From Piscirickettsiaceae bacterium (GTDB taxonomy: Bacteria; Pseudomonadota; Gammaproteobacteria; Methylococcales; Cycloclasticaceae), in contig NVSW01000002.1 of the NCBI GenBank assembly GCA_002401365.1, positions 1 to 48,334 of the forward strand: a stretch of DNA of 48,334 nucleotides, in the 5' to 3' direction. Both the position numbers and the translations under genes were made by a program. The notes beneath the pieces are model-generated. The model saw nothing but the letters and a program-made list of their open reading frames with translations, was not told the DNA's origin and ran no database searches. This document shows, piece after piece, positions 30,278 to 40,435 of the stretch. How positions within the stretch are numbered: position 1 is the first letter of the stretch; each line of letters begins with the position of its first letter.

Positions 30278-31611
30278 ATGAAATTGATATAGTTATTGTT
30301 GAGGATGATGCTCCCCTGCAACAGGCGTTGGACGATGCGTTATCAGACTACGGTTATAAAACGGTTTGTGTTAGCGATGGATCAGAGGCGATTAAAGTAT
30401 TAGAAAAATGTCGTGCTAGGTTAGTAATTAGTGATGTCCAGATGAAGCCAATGGATGGTTTTGAATTATTGGATAAACTGAAATCACGTTTTCCAAACCT
30501 TCCAGTATTGTTGATGACGGCATTTGCAACGGTTGATAAGGCCGTAAAAGCGATTCAAAACGGTGCCTCGGACTATATGACGAAACCGTTTGAAATCCAG
30601 GAGTTACTCAACAAAGTTGAGCAAACAATTGCGCCAGAATCAACTTCATTTGGTGAGTTTCCTAGTAAAGATAGGAGTATGCAAGATATTGTTGCGTTAG
30701 CCGGTAGAGTCGCTAAAAGTGACGCAACGGTGCTTATTCAGGGTGAAAGTGGCACAGGAAAAGAGGTGTTAGCGCGTTTTATACACAAAAACTCACCGAG
30801 GAATAAGAAACCTTTTGTAGCCATAAATTGCGCCGCTATTCCGGAGAACATGCTCGAGGCGATGTTGTTTGGTTATGAAAAGGGTGCGTTTACAGGCGCC
30901 TATCAGATGACACACGGAAAGTTTGAACAGGCACAAGGCGGTACTTTGTTACTTGATGAAGTATCCGAAATGAATATCTCTTTGCAGGCTAAGTTGCTAA
31001 GGGTCCTGCAAGAAAAAGAGATTGAACGCTTGGGTGGTAGAAAAACTATTTCGTTAGATGTGAGGGTTTTAGCTACTACGAATAGGAACTTACGAGAATT
31101 TGTTAATGAAGGGAAGTTTCGCGAAGATTTGTTATACCGAATTAATGTTTTTCCAATCACTATCCCGCCTTTGAGAGAGAGAAAGTCAGATATTCTAGCA
31201 TTGGCTAAAACGTTATTGATTAGGCATCATGGGCGAGGGAATGTTGTGCCGGTGTTATCCAAAGTTGCGATTCAAAAATTAGAAAATTACCCGTGGCAGG
31301 GAAACGTCCGGGAGCTAGAGAATGTAATTCAACGCGCGTTAATCATGACGTCAAGCGGGGCAATTGAAGCTGAAGATTTGATATTTGAATTAGAGCAGCC
31401 GACAGCTTTAGTAACACCTAAAAAAGAAACTAGTGTTACACAAGGGTTGAATCAAGGTGTGAAGGCTGCAGAAGAACAGCTTATTTTAGAAACATTGAAG
31501 TTATCTAACGGTAGTCGAAAAAATACTGCTGAACAGTTGGGTATTAGCGCTCGAACACTACGCTATAAGATCGCTCGGATGCGTGATTCAGGTGTACAGA
31601 TCCCCGCATAA
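30274..31611 (+). CDS. fleR: Sigma54-dependent response regulator FleR/FlrC
   Basis: Receiver domain (VEDD, SDVQMKPMDG, KPF), [14 protein letters not shown] and HTH RTLRYKIARMR. ATG 30274 has a GAGGAG SD and an ATGA overlap with fleS. Confidence 0.95.
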   Translation: MNEIDIVIVEDDAPLQQALDDALSDYGYKTVCVSDGSEAIKVLEKCRARLVISDVQMKPMDGFELLDKLKSRFPNLPVLLMTAFATVDKAVKAIQNGASDYMTKPFEIQELLNKVEQTIAPESTSFGEFPSKDRSMQDIVALAGRVAKSDATVLIQGESGTGKEVLARFIHKNSPRNKKPFVAINCAAIPENMLEAMLFGYEKGAFTGAYQMTHGKFEQAQGGTLLLDEVSEMNISLQAKLLRVLQEKEIERLGGRKTISLDVRVLATTNRNLREFVNEGKFREDLLYRINVFPITIPPLRERKSDILALAKTLLIRHHGRGNVVPVLSKVAIQKLENYPWQGNVRELENVIQRALIMTSSGAIEAEDLIFELEQPTALVTPKKETSVTQGLNQGVKAAEEQLILETLKLSNGSRKNTAEQLGISARTLRYKIARMRDSGVQIPA

Positions 31612-31638
31612 CTGCGTTGAAAAATTAGGAGATTTAGC

Positions 31639-31959
31639 ATGAGTAATATTGAAATTAATAACGTTTTAGCACAAATGCGCAGCATGTCTGCACAAGTAAA
31701 AAGCCCAGAAATCAGCACAGTTGCTTCTAGTAATGCAAATGATTTTTCCGCTATGTTGAAAGATTCAATCAATGCAGTCAACCAGACGCAGATGCAGGCT
31801 GGTGCATTAACGACAGCATTTGAAAAAGGGGAAACTGATGCAAGCCTTGCTGAGGTGATGGTGTCTTTACAAAAAGCGAACATTTCATTCCAAACAGTGC
31901 TGCAAACAAGAAATAAGCTGGTTGAGGCATACAAAGACGTCATGCGGATGACAATGTAG
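31639..31959 (+). CDS. fliE: Flagellar hook-basal body protein FliE
   Basis: LAEVMVSLQKANISFQ..RNKLVEAYKDVMRM. Confidence 0.97.
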   Translation: MSNIEINNVLAQMRSMSAQVKSPEISTVASSNANDFSAMLKDSINAVNQTQMQAGALTTAFEKGETDASLAEVMVSLQKANISFQTVLQTRNKLVEAYKDVMRMTM

Positions 31960-32005
31960 CTTAATGATCAACAATCATGATGAAAAAATTTAAAGGTTAG
32001 AAGAT

Positions 32006-33670
32006 ATGGCAACACCAGCAGATCAAGCAAGTCTACAGATGCAAGCGTCTCCAAATACGGTAATTCGTCAGTTAGGCGTTATGCTTGCACTTGCTGTTAG
32101 CGTGGCGTTGGGGGTAGCCGTTGTACTGTGGTCTCAGACACCTAACTATAGTCTCTTATATAGTAGCCTAGGGGACAGGGAGCTCAGCGCAGTTATATCT
32201 GGTCTACAGCAATCAGGGGTTGATTATAAACTCGATGCGTCTTCAGGAACGGTGATGGTGCCAGCGTCAGATGTTGATGAGCTGCGTCTTAAGCTAGCGG
32301 GGCTTGGCTTGCCGCGTGGGGGCGGTAGAGGGTTTGAATTGCTAGAAAAAGATATGGGCTTCGGTACTAGTCAATCTATTGAAAAAGTCAGGATACAACG
32401 TGCGCTGCAAGGTGAAATTGCACGTTCAATAGTGACTATTCAAAGCGTTCGTTCTGCGCGAGTGTTGCTTGCAATTCCAAAACAATCTGTCTTTTTACGG
32501 GATAGAAAAAAGCCAAGTGCTTCGGTTGTCGTTGATTTATACCAAGGGCGTTCATTAAAGAAAAATGAAGTGTCCGCAATTTTGCATTTGGTTTCCTCAG
32601 CAGTGCCTGAACTTGATGCCAGTCAAGTAACCGTTGTTGACCAAAAAGGGACGTTGTTAAGTTCAAAATCATCTGATGATAGGATGTCAATGACGAGCAA
32701 CCAATTTGAGTTTAAACAGGGTGTTGAAGAGCATCTAATTAACCGTGTTGAAAGTATTTTGCAACCCATTGTGGGCGTTGGTGCGATTAGAGCATCGGTA
32801 TCCGCTGATGTGGACTTCACCGTGACAGAACAAACTCAAGAGCAATATAACCCCGATTTACCCGCATTGCGTAGTGAGCAGATAACCGAAGAACAAAATA
32901 GCTCACCTGGCGCACAAGGAATTCCCGGCGCATTGTCAAATCAGCCTCCTGTGGCAGGGACTGCGCCTGAAGTTCTTGAAACTGCTACTGAAGAAGTGGC
33001 GAGCTTTACAGCAAACCCAACTAACACAAGTAAACGTTCAATTAAGAACTATGAGTTAAATAAAAAAATCAGTCATACTAAATTATCAACTGGGCGCTTA
33101 AAAAGGATATCGGTTGCTGTGGTGATTGATAATAAACGCGTTATTGGTGAGGATGGACAGGCCACATCTGAAGCGTATTCGGTTGAGGAATTAACTAAGC
33201 TAGATGGCTTAGTTAAAGAAGCGATAGGCTACAAAGAATTACGGGGCGATAGTGTAACAGTGATTAACTTAGCATTTATCCAACCTGACGTTCCAGAGGC
33301 GTTACCAGAACTGCCATTGATGGAACAGCCTTGGTTTTGGGATGTGGTAAAACAAGCAGTAGGTGGTATTTTTGTACTATTACTTATATTCTTGGTGTTA
33401 AAGCCAACGATAAAAAGTCTATTAGCGCCGCCTACGCTGGCAACGCTACCTGCAGGTGCACAGGCTGCAATAATTGGGCCCGATGGCATGCCAATGGCTG
33501 CGGCTGGCGGGCAGGGGTCGGGTGAAAGTTTAGGTCTAGAAAGTGATGAGGAGCTGAAACGTTTGGAGGCCCCTAAAAGTTACGAACAGCGCTTAGAGAT
33601 GGCGCAAAAAATAGCGGGTGAAGATCCTAAAAGAGTTGCTCAGGTAATGAAAACATGGATTCAAGAATAA
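32006..33670 (+). CDS. fliF: Flagellar MS-ring protein FliF
   Basis: Two TM helices, GFELL, RALQGEIARSI, GIPGALSNQPP and DPKRVAQVMKTW. Confidence 0.97.
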   Translation: MATPADQASLQMQASPNTVIRQLGVMLALAVSVALGVAVVLWSQTPNYSLLYSSLGDRELSAVISGLQQSGVDYKLDASSGTVMVPASDVDELRLKLAGLGLPRGGGRGFELLEKDMGFGTSQSIEKVRIQRALQGEIARSIVTIQSVRSARVLLAIPKQSVFLRDRKKPSASVVVDLYQGRSLKKNEVSAILHLVSSAVPELDASQVTVVDQKGTLLSSKSSDDRMSMTSNQFEFKQGVEEHLINRVESILQPIVGVGAIRASVSADVDFTVTEQTQEQYNPDLPALRSEQITEEQNSSPGAQGIPGALSNQPPVAGTAPEVLETATEEVASFTANPTNTSKRSIKNYELNKKISHTKLSTGRLKRISVAVVIDNKRVIGEDGQATSEAYSVEELTKLDGLVKEAIGYKELRGDSVTVINLAFIQPDVPEALPELPLMEQPWFWDVVKQAVGGIFVLLLIFLVLKPTIKSLLAPPTLATLPAGAQAAIIGPDGMPMAAAGGQGSGESLGLESDEELKRLEAPKSYEQRLEMAQKIAGEDPKRVAQVMKTWIQE

Positions 33671-34683
33671 TGGACGGTATAAGCGCAGAAAGCTCTTTGA
33701 CTGGCGTTTCAAAAGCGGCAGTGTTGTTGTTGTCGTTGGGTGAGGAGCACGCTGCAGGTGTTATGAAACACATGGGGCCTAAAGAGGTGCAACAAGTAGG
33801 TTCAGCGATGGCAACATTAGAAAATGTTACGACTGAAACGCTGGACTCTGTAGTCGGTTATTTTATTACAACCATTGGCGGACAGACCGCGTTGGGTATT
33901 GATTCAGACAAGTACATAAAAAATGTATTAACGAGCGCATTGGGCGCTGATAAAGCGGGTGGTGTGATTGACAGAATTTTGCTGGGAAGAAATTCAAAAG
34001 GTTTAGAGCAATTAAAGTGGATGGATCCGCGCTCTATTTCAGGCTTAATTCGTTTGGAGCACCCACAAATTATAGCTATTGTACTGTCATATTTAGACAG
34101 TGACCAAGCAGCAGAAACATTGGGTTATTTGCCTTCTCGATTACGGCCGGATGTGTTAATGCGCGTTGCGGTAATGGAAGGGGTTCAGCCGGCAGCATTG
34201 CAAGAATTAGATGCCATTATGGAAAAGCAGCTGTCTGGTAGCTCCGGCACCCAATCTGCAGCGATGGGGGGAATTCAAACGGCAGCTAATATGCTGAATT
34301 TCTTAGAAGGTTCGATGAGTGCGGAGTTAATTGATTCTGTTGTTGAAACTGATGAAGAAATTGGCCAGTTAATACAAGACAAAATGTTTGTTTTTGATAA
34401 CCTTATTGATGTTGACGATAGAGGTATACAGGCGTTGTTGAAAGAGATCTCAACAGACGTGTTAACGCTGGCGTTGCGAGCTGCAGATGAAGCGTTAAAA
34501 GAAAAAGTTTTTGCCAATATGTCCAAGCGCGCTGCTGAAATGTTGCGAGATGACATGGAAGCAGCTCCACCGTCAAAAGTAAGTGATGTCGAAGCTGCGC
34601 AAAAAGAAGTGCTAATTATTGCAAGGCGATTATCAGACTCTGGAGAGATTTCGTTAGGCGGCGGGGGTGAGGAGTTTGTCTAA
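33670..34683 (+). CDS. fliG: Flagellar motor switch protein FliG
   Basis: KAAVLLLSLGEE, EHPQI, MFVFDNL and NMSKRAAEMLRDD; TAATG coupling with fliF. Confidence 0.97.
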   Translation: MDGISAESSLTGVSKAAVLLLSLGEEHAAGVMKHMGPKEVQQVGSAMATLENVTTETLDSVVGYFITTIGGQTALGIDSDKYIKNVLTSALGADKAGGVIDRILLGRNSKGLEQLKWMDPRSISGLIRLEHPQIIAIVLSYLDSDQAAETLGYLPSRLRPDVLMRVAVMEGVQPAALQELDAIMEKQLSGSSGTQSAAMGGIQTAANMLNFLEGSMSAELIDSVVETDEEIGQLIQDKMFVFDNLIDVDDRGIQALLKEISTDVLTLALRAADEALKEKVFANMSKRAAEMLRDDMEAAPPSKVSDVEAAQKEVLIIARRLSDSGEISLGGGGEEFV

Positions 34684-35314
34684 ATCATCATCTGATAAAG
34701 GTGGCGTTTCATCTTGGCAATTCCCATCGTTTGCCCAAGTGGGCTCGGCTGATGTTGCAATTGATAATGTTAGGGCGTTAACGGCGTCGGATGTCGAAAA
34801 AATTCAATTTCAGGCTCAACAAGAAGCTGCCGAAAAAGGCTATCAGGAAGGGCTAGAAAAAGGTTTCCAGGCGGGAGAGAAACAAGTGGCTGCAAAAGCT
34901 GCACAATTACAAACCCTTTTGCAATCCATGTCCATGCCGTTGGAAGAGCTTGACGAAAGGGTGGAGCAGGAGTTGGTTTCGCTAGCTATTCAAATTGCTA
35001 AACAGTTGATACGCAGGGAACTCAAGGCGGACTCAGGCCAAGTAGTTGCTGTGACCAAAGAAGCGATAGCGGCATTACCCTCAAGTTCACAAAATATAGA
35101 ACTACACTTGCACCCTGAGGATGCAACCCTGGTGAGGTCAGCGTTATCTCTTGATGGTGCAAATGAAGATAGATGGAAAGTGGTTGAAGACCCCGTTATA
35201 ACTCGGGGTGGCTGTCGTGTAACTACTGATGCTTCGACGATTGATGCAAGCATAGAAAATAGATTAGCCGCGATTATAGCCAAAGGATTAGGCGATGAAA
35301 GAGGCTCTGGCTGA
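34676..35314 (+). CDS. fliH: Flagellar assembly protein FliH
   Basis: GxxxG repeats (KGYQEGLEKGFQAG), LHPED, ITRGGC and IDASIE. Start is TTG 34676 or GTG 34667. Confidence 0.93.
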   Translation: MSKSSSDKGGVSSWQFPSFAQVGSADVAIDNVRALTASDVEKIQFQAQQEAAEKGYQEGLEKGFQAGEKQVAAKAAQLQTLLQSMSMPLEELDERVEQELVSLAIQIAKQLIRRELKADSGQVVAVTKEAIAALPSSSQNIELHLHPEDATLVRSALSLDGANEDRWKVVEDPVITRGGCRVTTDASTIDASIENRLAAIIAKGLGDERGSG

Positions 35315-36678
35315 TGGAGGTGTTTTCAGAAAAACGTAGTAATAAATGGATCTCTCGCCTGTCCTCCTTTAAAGACCGTATTCAAGAACCGCAACCGATG
35401 TTGGTTGAAGGGCGTTTAACACGCATGATAGGGCTTACCTTGGAAGCCGTTGGTTGTAGGTCTACGATAGGTGGCAGGTGTATGATTGAAACCGTAGACG
35501 GAGTACGAACCGAGGCAGAAGTAGTTGGTTTTTCTGGAGAACGATTATATTTGATGCCAACAGGAGATATTAGAGGCTTAGAACAAGATTGCCGTGTCAT
35601 TCCAATGGGGTTGACTAGCGTGGCCCACGTAGGGTTTGGCTTATTGGGTAGAGTGATAGACGGTTCTGGTAAGGCAATTGATGGTATGGGGCCTGTACAT
35701 ACCACTGATACGGTGCCATTACATGGCCGGCCTCTAAACCCTTTAGGGCGAAAACCAATTTCTGAACATTTGGATGTTGGTATTAGAGCCATCAATGCAT
35801 TATTAACAGTTGGGCGTGGTCAACGTCTCGGCTTGTTTGCTGGAAGTGGAGTGGGTAAAAGTGTCTTGCTCGGAATGATGACACGTTATACCAGTGCCGA
35901 TATTATCGTGGTTGGTTTGATCGGTGAGCGTGGCCGAGAAGTGAATGAATTTGTCAGAAAAAATCTTGGCAAAGAAGGGTTGGCTCGAGCGGTAGTAGTG
36001 GCAACACCGGCAGATCATCCGCCATTGATGCGGATGCATGGGGCTATGTTGGCGACCAGTATCGCTGAATATTTTCGCGACCAAGGTAAAAACGTTCTAT
36101 TGTTAATGGACTCGTTAACTCGGTATGCCCAAGCGCAAAGAGAAATAGCGCTAGCAATCAATGAGCCACCGGCTACAAAAGGCTACCCACCGTCGGTTTT
36201 TAGTAAGTTGCCAAGCCTAGTAGAGCGTGCCGGTAACTCTGATCAAGGTGATGGTTCAATTACCGCCTTTTACACCGTGTTAACCGAAGGTGATGATTCC
36301 AATGACCCGATTGCTGATGCGAGCAGGGCTATTCTTGATGGGCATGTTCACTTGTCACGGCAGTTAGCTGAAGCAGGGCACTTCCCAGCTATTGATATGG
36401 AAGCGTCAGTGAGTAGATTAATGGTGGAAGTGGTGCCAGAAGCTCACCAAGATATGGCTAGAGAGTTTCGTAGAATTAATTCGACATATCAACAAAATAT
36501 AGACTTAATTAATGTAGGTGCGTATCAGCCGGGTAGTAATAACGCTGTTGATCGTTCAATTGATATGCGTGAATCTATGTTAGAGTTTTTGCAACAGGGA
36601 TTGAACGAGGCGGTTGATTTTGAAACCAGCAAAGAACAGCTCTTTGGAGTGCTGCAAGCCGATGTTAATGATGCATGA
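35314..36678 (+). CDS. fliI: Flagellar export ATPase FliI
   Basis: AGSGVGKS, GERGREV, DSLTRYAQAQRE, KGYPPSVF and ILDGH. Confidence 0.98.
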   Translation: MEVFSEKRSNKWISRLSSFKDRIQEPQPMLVEGRLTRMIGLTLEAVGCRSTIGGRCMIETVDGVRTEAEVVGFSGERLYLMPTGDIRGLEQDCRVIPMGLTSVAHVGFGLLGRVIDGSGKAIDGMGPVHTTDTVPLHGRPLNPLGRKPISEHLDVGIRAINALLTVGRGQRLGLFAGSGVGKSVLLGMMTRYTSADIIVVGLIGERGREVNEFVRKNLGKEGLARAVVVATPADHPPLMRMHGAMLATSIAEYFRDQGKNVLLLMDSLTRYAQAQREIALAINEPPATKGYPPSVFSKLPSLVERAGNSDQGDGSITAFYTVLTEGDDSNDPIADASRAILDGHVHLSRQLAEAGHFPAIDMEASVSRLMVEVVPEAHQDMAREFRRINSTYQQNIDLINVGAYQPGSNNAVDRSIDMRESMLEFLQQGLNEAVDFETSKEQLFGVLQADVNDA

Positions 36679-36703
36679 TAACGAATGTTAAAAGGAGTGT
36701 TTC

Positions 36704-37165
36704 TTGAAGAGGTCTAAGAGGTTAGAACCCGTTCGCCGGGTTGCAAAAAACAAGGAAGCTGCTGCCGCTCAGAAAATGGGTGACTCAGTACAAAAAAAGG
36801 CTTCGGATGATTCTCAATTAGAGAAGCTGAAAAAATATCGTGATGACTACATCGCTGAATTTAAAACAAAAGGCGAGCAAGGGATTAGTGCATCTAGATT
36901 ACAAGAATACCAAACATTTGTGCAAAAAATTGACCGCGCTATTGTTGAACAAATAAAGACAGTTAAGTCTACGCAGCAGCAAGTTGAAGTCCATAAAAAA
37001 GACTTTCAAAAAATGAATAGTCGCAAAAAAGTAGTTGAAAAATTAATTGATAAATCAGTTAAACAAGAGTTTAAAAACGAACAACGCAAAGAACAAAACG
37101 AAGCAGATGATAGACCCTCTAGCGGCGGTACTAGGGAAGATGTTTTGATGTGGCGATTAACGTAA
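36704..37165 (+). CDS. fliJ: Flagellar export chaperone FliJ
   Basis: MKRSKRLEPV, coiled coil, Y..F..KIDRAI and EQRKEQNEADD; TTG start with AAGGAG SD. Confidence 0.93.
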   Translation: MKRSKRLEPVRRVAKNKEAAAAQKMGDSVQKKASDDSQLEKLKKYRDDYIAEFKTKGEQGISASRLQEYQTFVQKIDRAIVEQIKTVKSTQQQVEVHKKDFQKMNSRKKVVEKLIDKSVKQEFKNEQRKEQNEADDRPSSGGTREDVLMWRLT

Positions 37166-37249
37166 CGTTAAAAATAAAATACTAGTTTGTCAGGGATTTT
37201 TTTGTTCGAACATTTATTTTATGGAAGTAAATGTTCTATAATCCCCTAG

Positions 37250-37483
37250 ATGAATATATCTGATTTACTTTCACAAGGCGTTGACCTTATGTTTCTCGGG
37301 ATGGGAATGGTTTTTTTCATCCTAGGCTTATTAGTGTTTGTTATCAAAGCTGCCTCGTATTTGATCATGCGTTCTGAACCAGAGCCCGTTATCCACGGCG
37401 CTAAATCTGTGCGTTTTAGTAAAATTGATGAAGATGTTGTTGCGGCAATTTCTATTGCTGTGGAACGTTTTCGAGCTAAATAA
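37250..37483 (+). CDS. oadG: Na+-translocating oxaloacetate decarboxylase gamma subunit
   Basis: GVDLMFLGMGMVFFILGLL single TM helix and VVAAISIAV; precedes oadA. Confidence 0.92.
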   Translation: MNISDLLSQGVDLMFLGMGMVFFILGLLVFVIKAASYLIMRSEPEPVIHGAKSVRFSKIDEDVVAAISIAVERFRAK

Positions 37484-37489
37484 AATATT

Positions 37490-39274
37490 ATGACTAATCC
37501 ATTAAAAATAACTGAAGTCGTTTTGCGCGACGCTCACCAATCCTTATTTGCTACGCGTTTACGTATTGAAGACATGCTGCCAATTGCTGAAAAGCTTGAT
37601 AAAATTGGTTATTGGTCTTTAGAAACATGGGGTGGGGCTACCTTTGATTCGTGTATTCGCTATTTAGGCGAAGACCCATGGGAGCGTTTGAGATTGCTTA
37701 AAAAAGCGATGCCTAACACCCAGCAACAAATGTTATTACGGGGACAAAACCTATTGGGTTATCGGCATTATGCGGATGATGTAGTGCATAAGTTTGTTGA
37801 GCGTGCGTCTGACAATGGCATGGATGTTTTTCGAATTTTTGATGCGATGAATGATGTACGCAATCTAGAAACAGCCATTAAAGCAACGATTGAAGTGGGC
37901 AAGCACGCACAAGGGACCATCTCATTTACGGAAAGCCCGTTTCATACGTTAGATGGCTGGGTTGATATGGCGAAACGGCTTGAAGACTTAGGCTGCCACT
38001 CAATTGCGATCAAAGACATGGCAGGCTTGTTAAAACCATATGTCGCCACTGAACTGGTTACACGTTTAAAAGCTGAATGCGATGTTCCAATAGCGCTTCA
38101 TAGCCATGCTACAACAGGTATGAGTGTCGCTACCTGCTTGCAAGCCGTTGATGCGGGCTTGGATATGTTAGATACCGCTATTTCGTCAATGAGCATGACC
38201 TATGGCCATTCGCCAACCGAAACTTTTATAGCGATGTTGGATGGAACGGAGCGTTCCACTGGGTTAGATATCGATGCCGTAGAAGAAATTGCCGCTTACT
38301 TTAGAGAGGTTCGTCCTAAGTATGCTGAATTTGAAGGCTCATTGAAAGGCGTAGACTCTAGGATTTTAATAGCGCAAGTGCCAGGCGGTATGTTAACGAA
38401 TCTTGAAAGTCAGTTAAAACAACAAAATGCGGGCGACAAAATAGACGAGGTGTTGGCAGAAATTCCGTTAGTAAGAAAAGATTTGGGATATTTGCCATTG
38501 GTGACACCTACTTCACAAATTGTCGGCACTCAGGCTGTTATGAATGTGTTGATGGGTGAACGATATAAGTCAATCAGTAAAGAAACTGCAGGGGTGTTGA
38601 AAGGAGAGTACGGCAAGACACCTGCTCCCGTTGATGCCGAGCTTCAAACTCGAGTTCTTGAAGGCGCTGAAGCAATAACGTGTCGTCCAGCTGACCTTAT
38701 TGACGATGAACTAGATGTGTTAATTGCAGAGTTGCATGCTAAGGCAAAAGAAGGTGGCTTGAAGCTGGCCGAAGACACTATAGATGATGTATTAACGTAT
38801 GCCTTGTTCCCACAGGTAGGCTTGGACTTTATTAAAAACAGAAATAACCCTGATGCCTTTGAACCTGTACCAACGGGTATGTCAGTTGTAAGTGCGAATT
38901 TAACTAGTAGTGAAACATACGATGTGTCGGTAAATGGCACAGTGTATCAAGTAGAAGTTGGCCCCAGTGGTTCCATTGAGAACCTTGCGCCTGCAACGGT
39001 TGTTGCAACTGATAATTCATCACCGTCAAAACAACCTGAGCCAACAGGTGCTTTTTGCCAAAACGACCCTCTAATGTCACCAATGGCAGGTAATATTATA
39101 AGGATAGCGGTAGCAACAGGTGATGATGTGCGCGAAGGTGATGTGGTCATCATCTTAGAGGCGATGAAGATGGAAACTGAAATAAGGGCGCATATAGATG
39201 GCCAAATTTCAGATGTATTCGTCAAAGAAGGTGAGTCTATACCAGCAGGCGCACCACTTATTTTAATTTGTTAG
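37490..39274 (+). CDS. oadA: Oxaloacetate decarboxylase alpha subunit (carboxyltransferase plus biotin carrier)
   Basis: [37 protein letters not shown] and EAMKME. Confidence 0.97.
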   Translation: MTNPLKITEVVLRDAHQSLFATRLRIEDMLPIAEKLDKIGYWSLETWGGATFDSCIRYLGEDPWERLRLLKKAMPNTQQQMLLRGQNLLGYRHYADDVVHKFVERASDNGMDVFRIFDAMNDVRNLETAIKATIEVGKHAQGTISFTESPFHTLDGWVDMAKRLEDLGCHSIAIKDMAGLLKPYVATELVTRLKAECDVPIALHSHATTGMSVATCLQAVDAGLDMLDTAISSMSMTYGHSPTETFIAMLDGTERSTGLDIDAVEEIAAYFREVRPKYAEFEGSLKGVDSRILIAQVPGGMLTNLESQLKQQNAGDKIDEVLAEIPLVRKDLGYLPLVTPTSQIVGTQAVMNVLMGERYKSISKETAGVLKGEYGKTPAPVDAELQTRVLEGAEAITCRPADLIDDELDVLIAELHAKAKEGGLKLAEDTIDDVLTYALFPQVGLDFIKNRNNPDAFEPVPTGMSVVSANLTSSETYDVSVNGTVYQVEVGPSGSIENLAPATVVATDNSSPSKQPEPTGAFCQNDPLMSPMAGNIIRIAVATGDDVREGDVVIILEAMKMETEIRAHIDGQISDVFVKEGESIPAGAPLILIC

Positions 39275-39284
39275 GTTTAACATA

Positions 39285-40418
39285 ATGGAAAGTGGTTTAT
39301 TACAAATTTGGCAATCAACGGGTATTGCAAATTTTGAATGGGGCAATGTATTAATGATAGCCATCGGCCTATTGTTGATCTATTTAGCGATCGCGAAAAA
39401 GTTTGAACCGTTATTGTTGCTACCCATTGGTTTTGGCGGCATCTTGGCCAATATTCCTATTGCGGGTATCAGCGGGCCCGATGGGTTACTGGGTATTTTG
39501 TATCATATGGGTGTTGATACAGGATTGTTCCCATTATTAATTTTTATGGGTGTAGGCGCGTTAACCGACTTTGGTGCATTAATTGCGAAGCCAAGTTTGT
39601 TGGTGTTAGGGGCGGCGGCACAATTTGGCATTTTTGCTACGTTGCTTGGCGCGTTGGCGATGAATATGATTCCTGGCATGGAATTTAGTTTAGCGGATGC
39701 CTCTGCTATCGCGATTATTGGTGGCGCTGATGGCCCTACGGCTATTTTTTTGGCATCTAAATTGGCGCCAGATTTATTGGGTGCTATAGCCGTTGCTGCT
39801 TATTCTTATATGGCGTTAGTGCCCGTTATTCAGCCGCCCATTATGCGTGCTTTAACCACAGAAACAGAACGTAAGGTGGAAATGAAGCATTTGCGGCACG
39901 TAAGCAAAAAAGAAAGAATTGTTTTTCCGCTTATTATTTTAACGGTTGTTATTCTCTTTTTACCAGCGTCGGCACCCCTTATAGGTATGTTGGCTTTTGG
40001 TAACTTAATGAGAGAAAGTGGTGTGGTTGACAGACTTAGTTCGACGGCGCAAAACGAACTAATCAATATAGTGACCATCTTCCTTGGTTTGGCTATTGGC
40101 TCAAAACTCTCTGCAGATAAATTTCTGTCGCCAGAAACATTGGGTATTCTAGTGCTGGGTATGGTTGCTTTTTCTATTGGCACTGCTGCTGGTGTGTTAA
40201 TGGGTAAGGTCATGTATAGAATGACAGGCGGAAAGGTTAACCCATTAATTGGCGCAGCGGGTGTGTCGGCTGTCCCAATGGCGGCACGGGTGGTTAATAA
40301 AGTAGGCCAAGAATCGAATCCGCATAACTTTTTATTAATGCATGCGATGGGGCCAAATGTTGCAGGGGTTATCGGTTCAGCTGTCGCCGCTGGTGTGTTG
40401 CTTGCGATTGTTGGGTAG
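39285..40418 (+). CDS. oadB: Oxaloacetate decarboxylase beta subunit (Na+ pump)
   Basis: [41 protein letters not shown] and [13 protein letters not shown]. Confidence 0.97.
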   Translation: MESGLLQIWQSTGIANFEWGNVLMIAIGLLLIYLAIAKKFEPLLLLPIGFGGILANIPIAGISGPDGLLGILYHMGVDTGLFPLLIFMGVGALTDFGALIAKPSLLVLGAAAQFGIFATLLGALAMNMIPGMEFSLADASAIAIIGGADGPTAIFLASKLAPDLLGAIAVAAYSYMALVPVIQPPIMRALTTETERKVEMKHLRHVSKKERIVFPLIILTVVILFLPASAPLIGMLAFGNLMRESGVVDRLSSTAQNELINIVTIFLGLAIGSKLSADKFLSPETLGILVLGMVAFSIGTAAGVLMGKVMYRMTGGKVNPLIGAAGVSAVPMAARVVNKVGQESNPHNFLLMHAMGPNVAGVIGSAVAAGVLLAIVG

Positions 40419-40435
40419 TACTAACGAGTGGCTCG

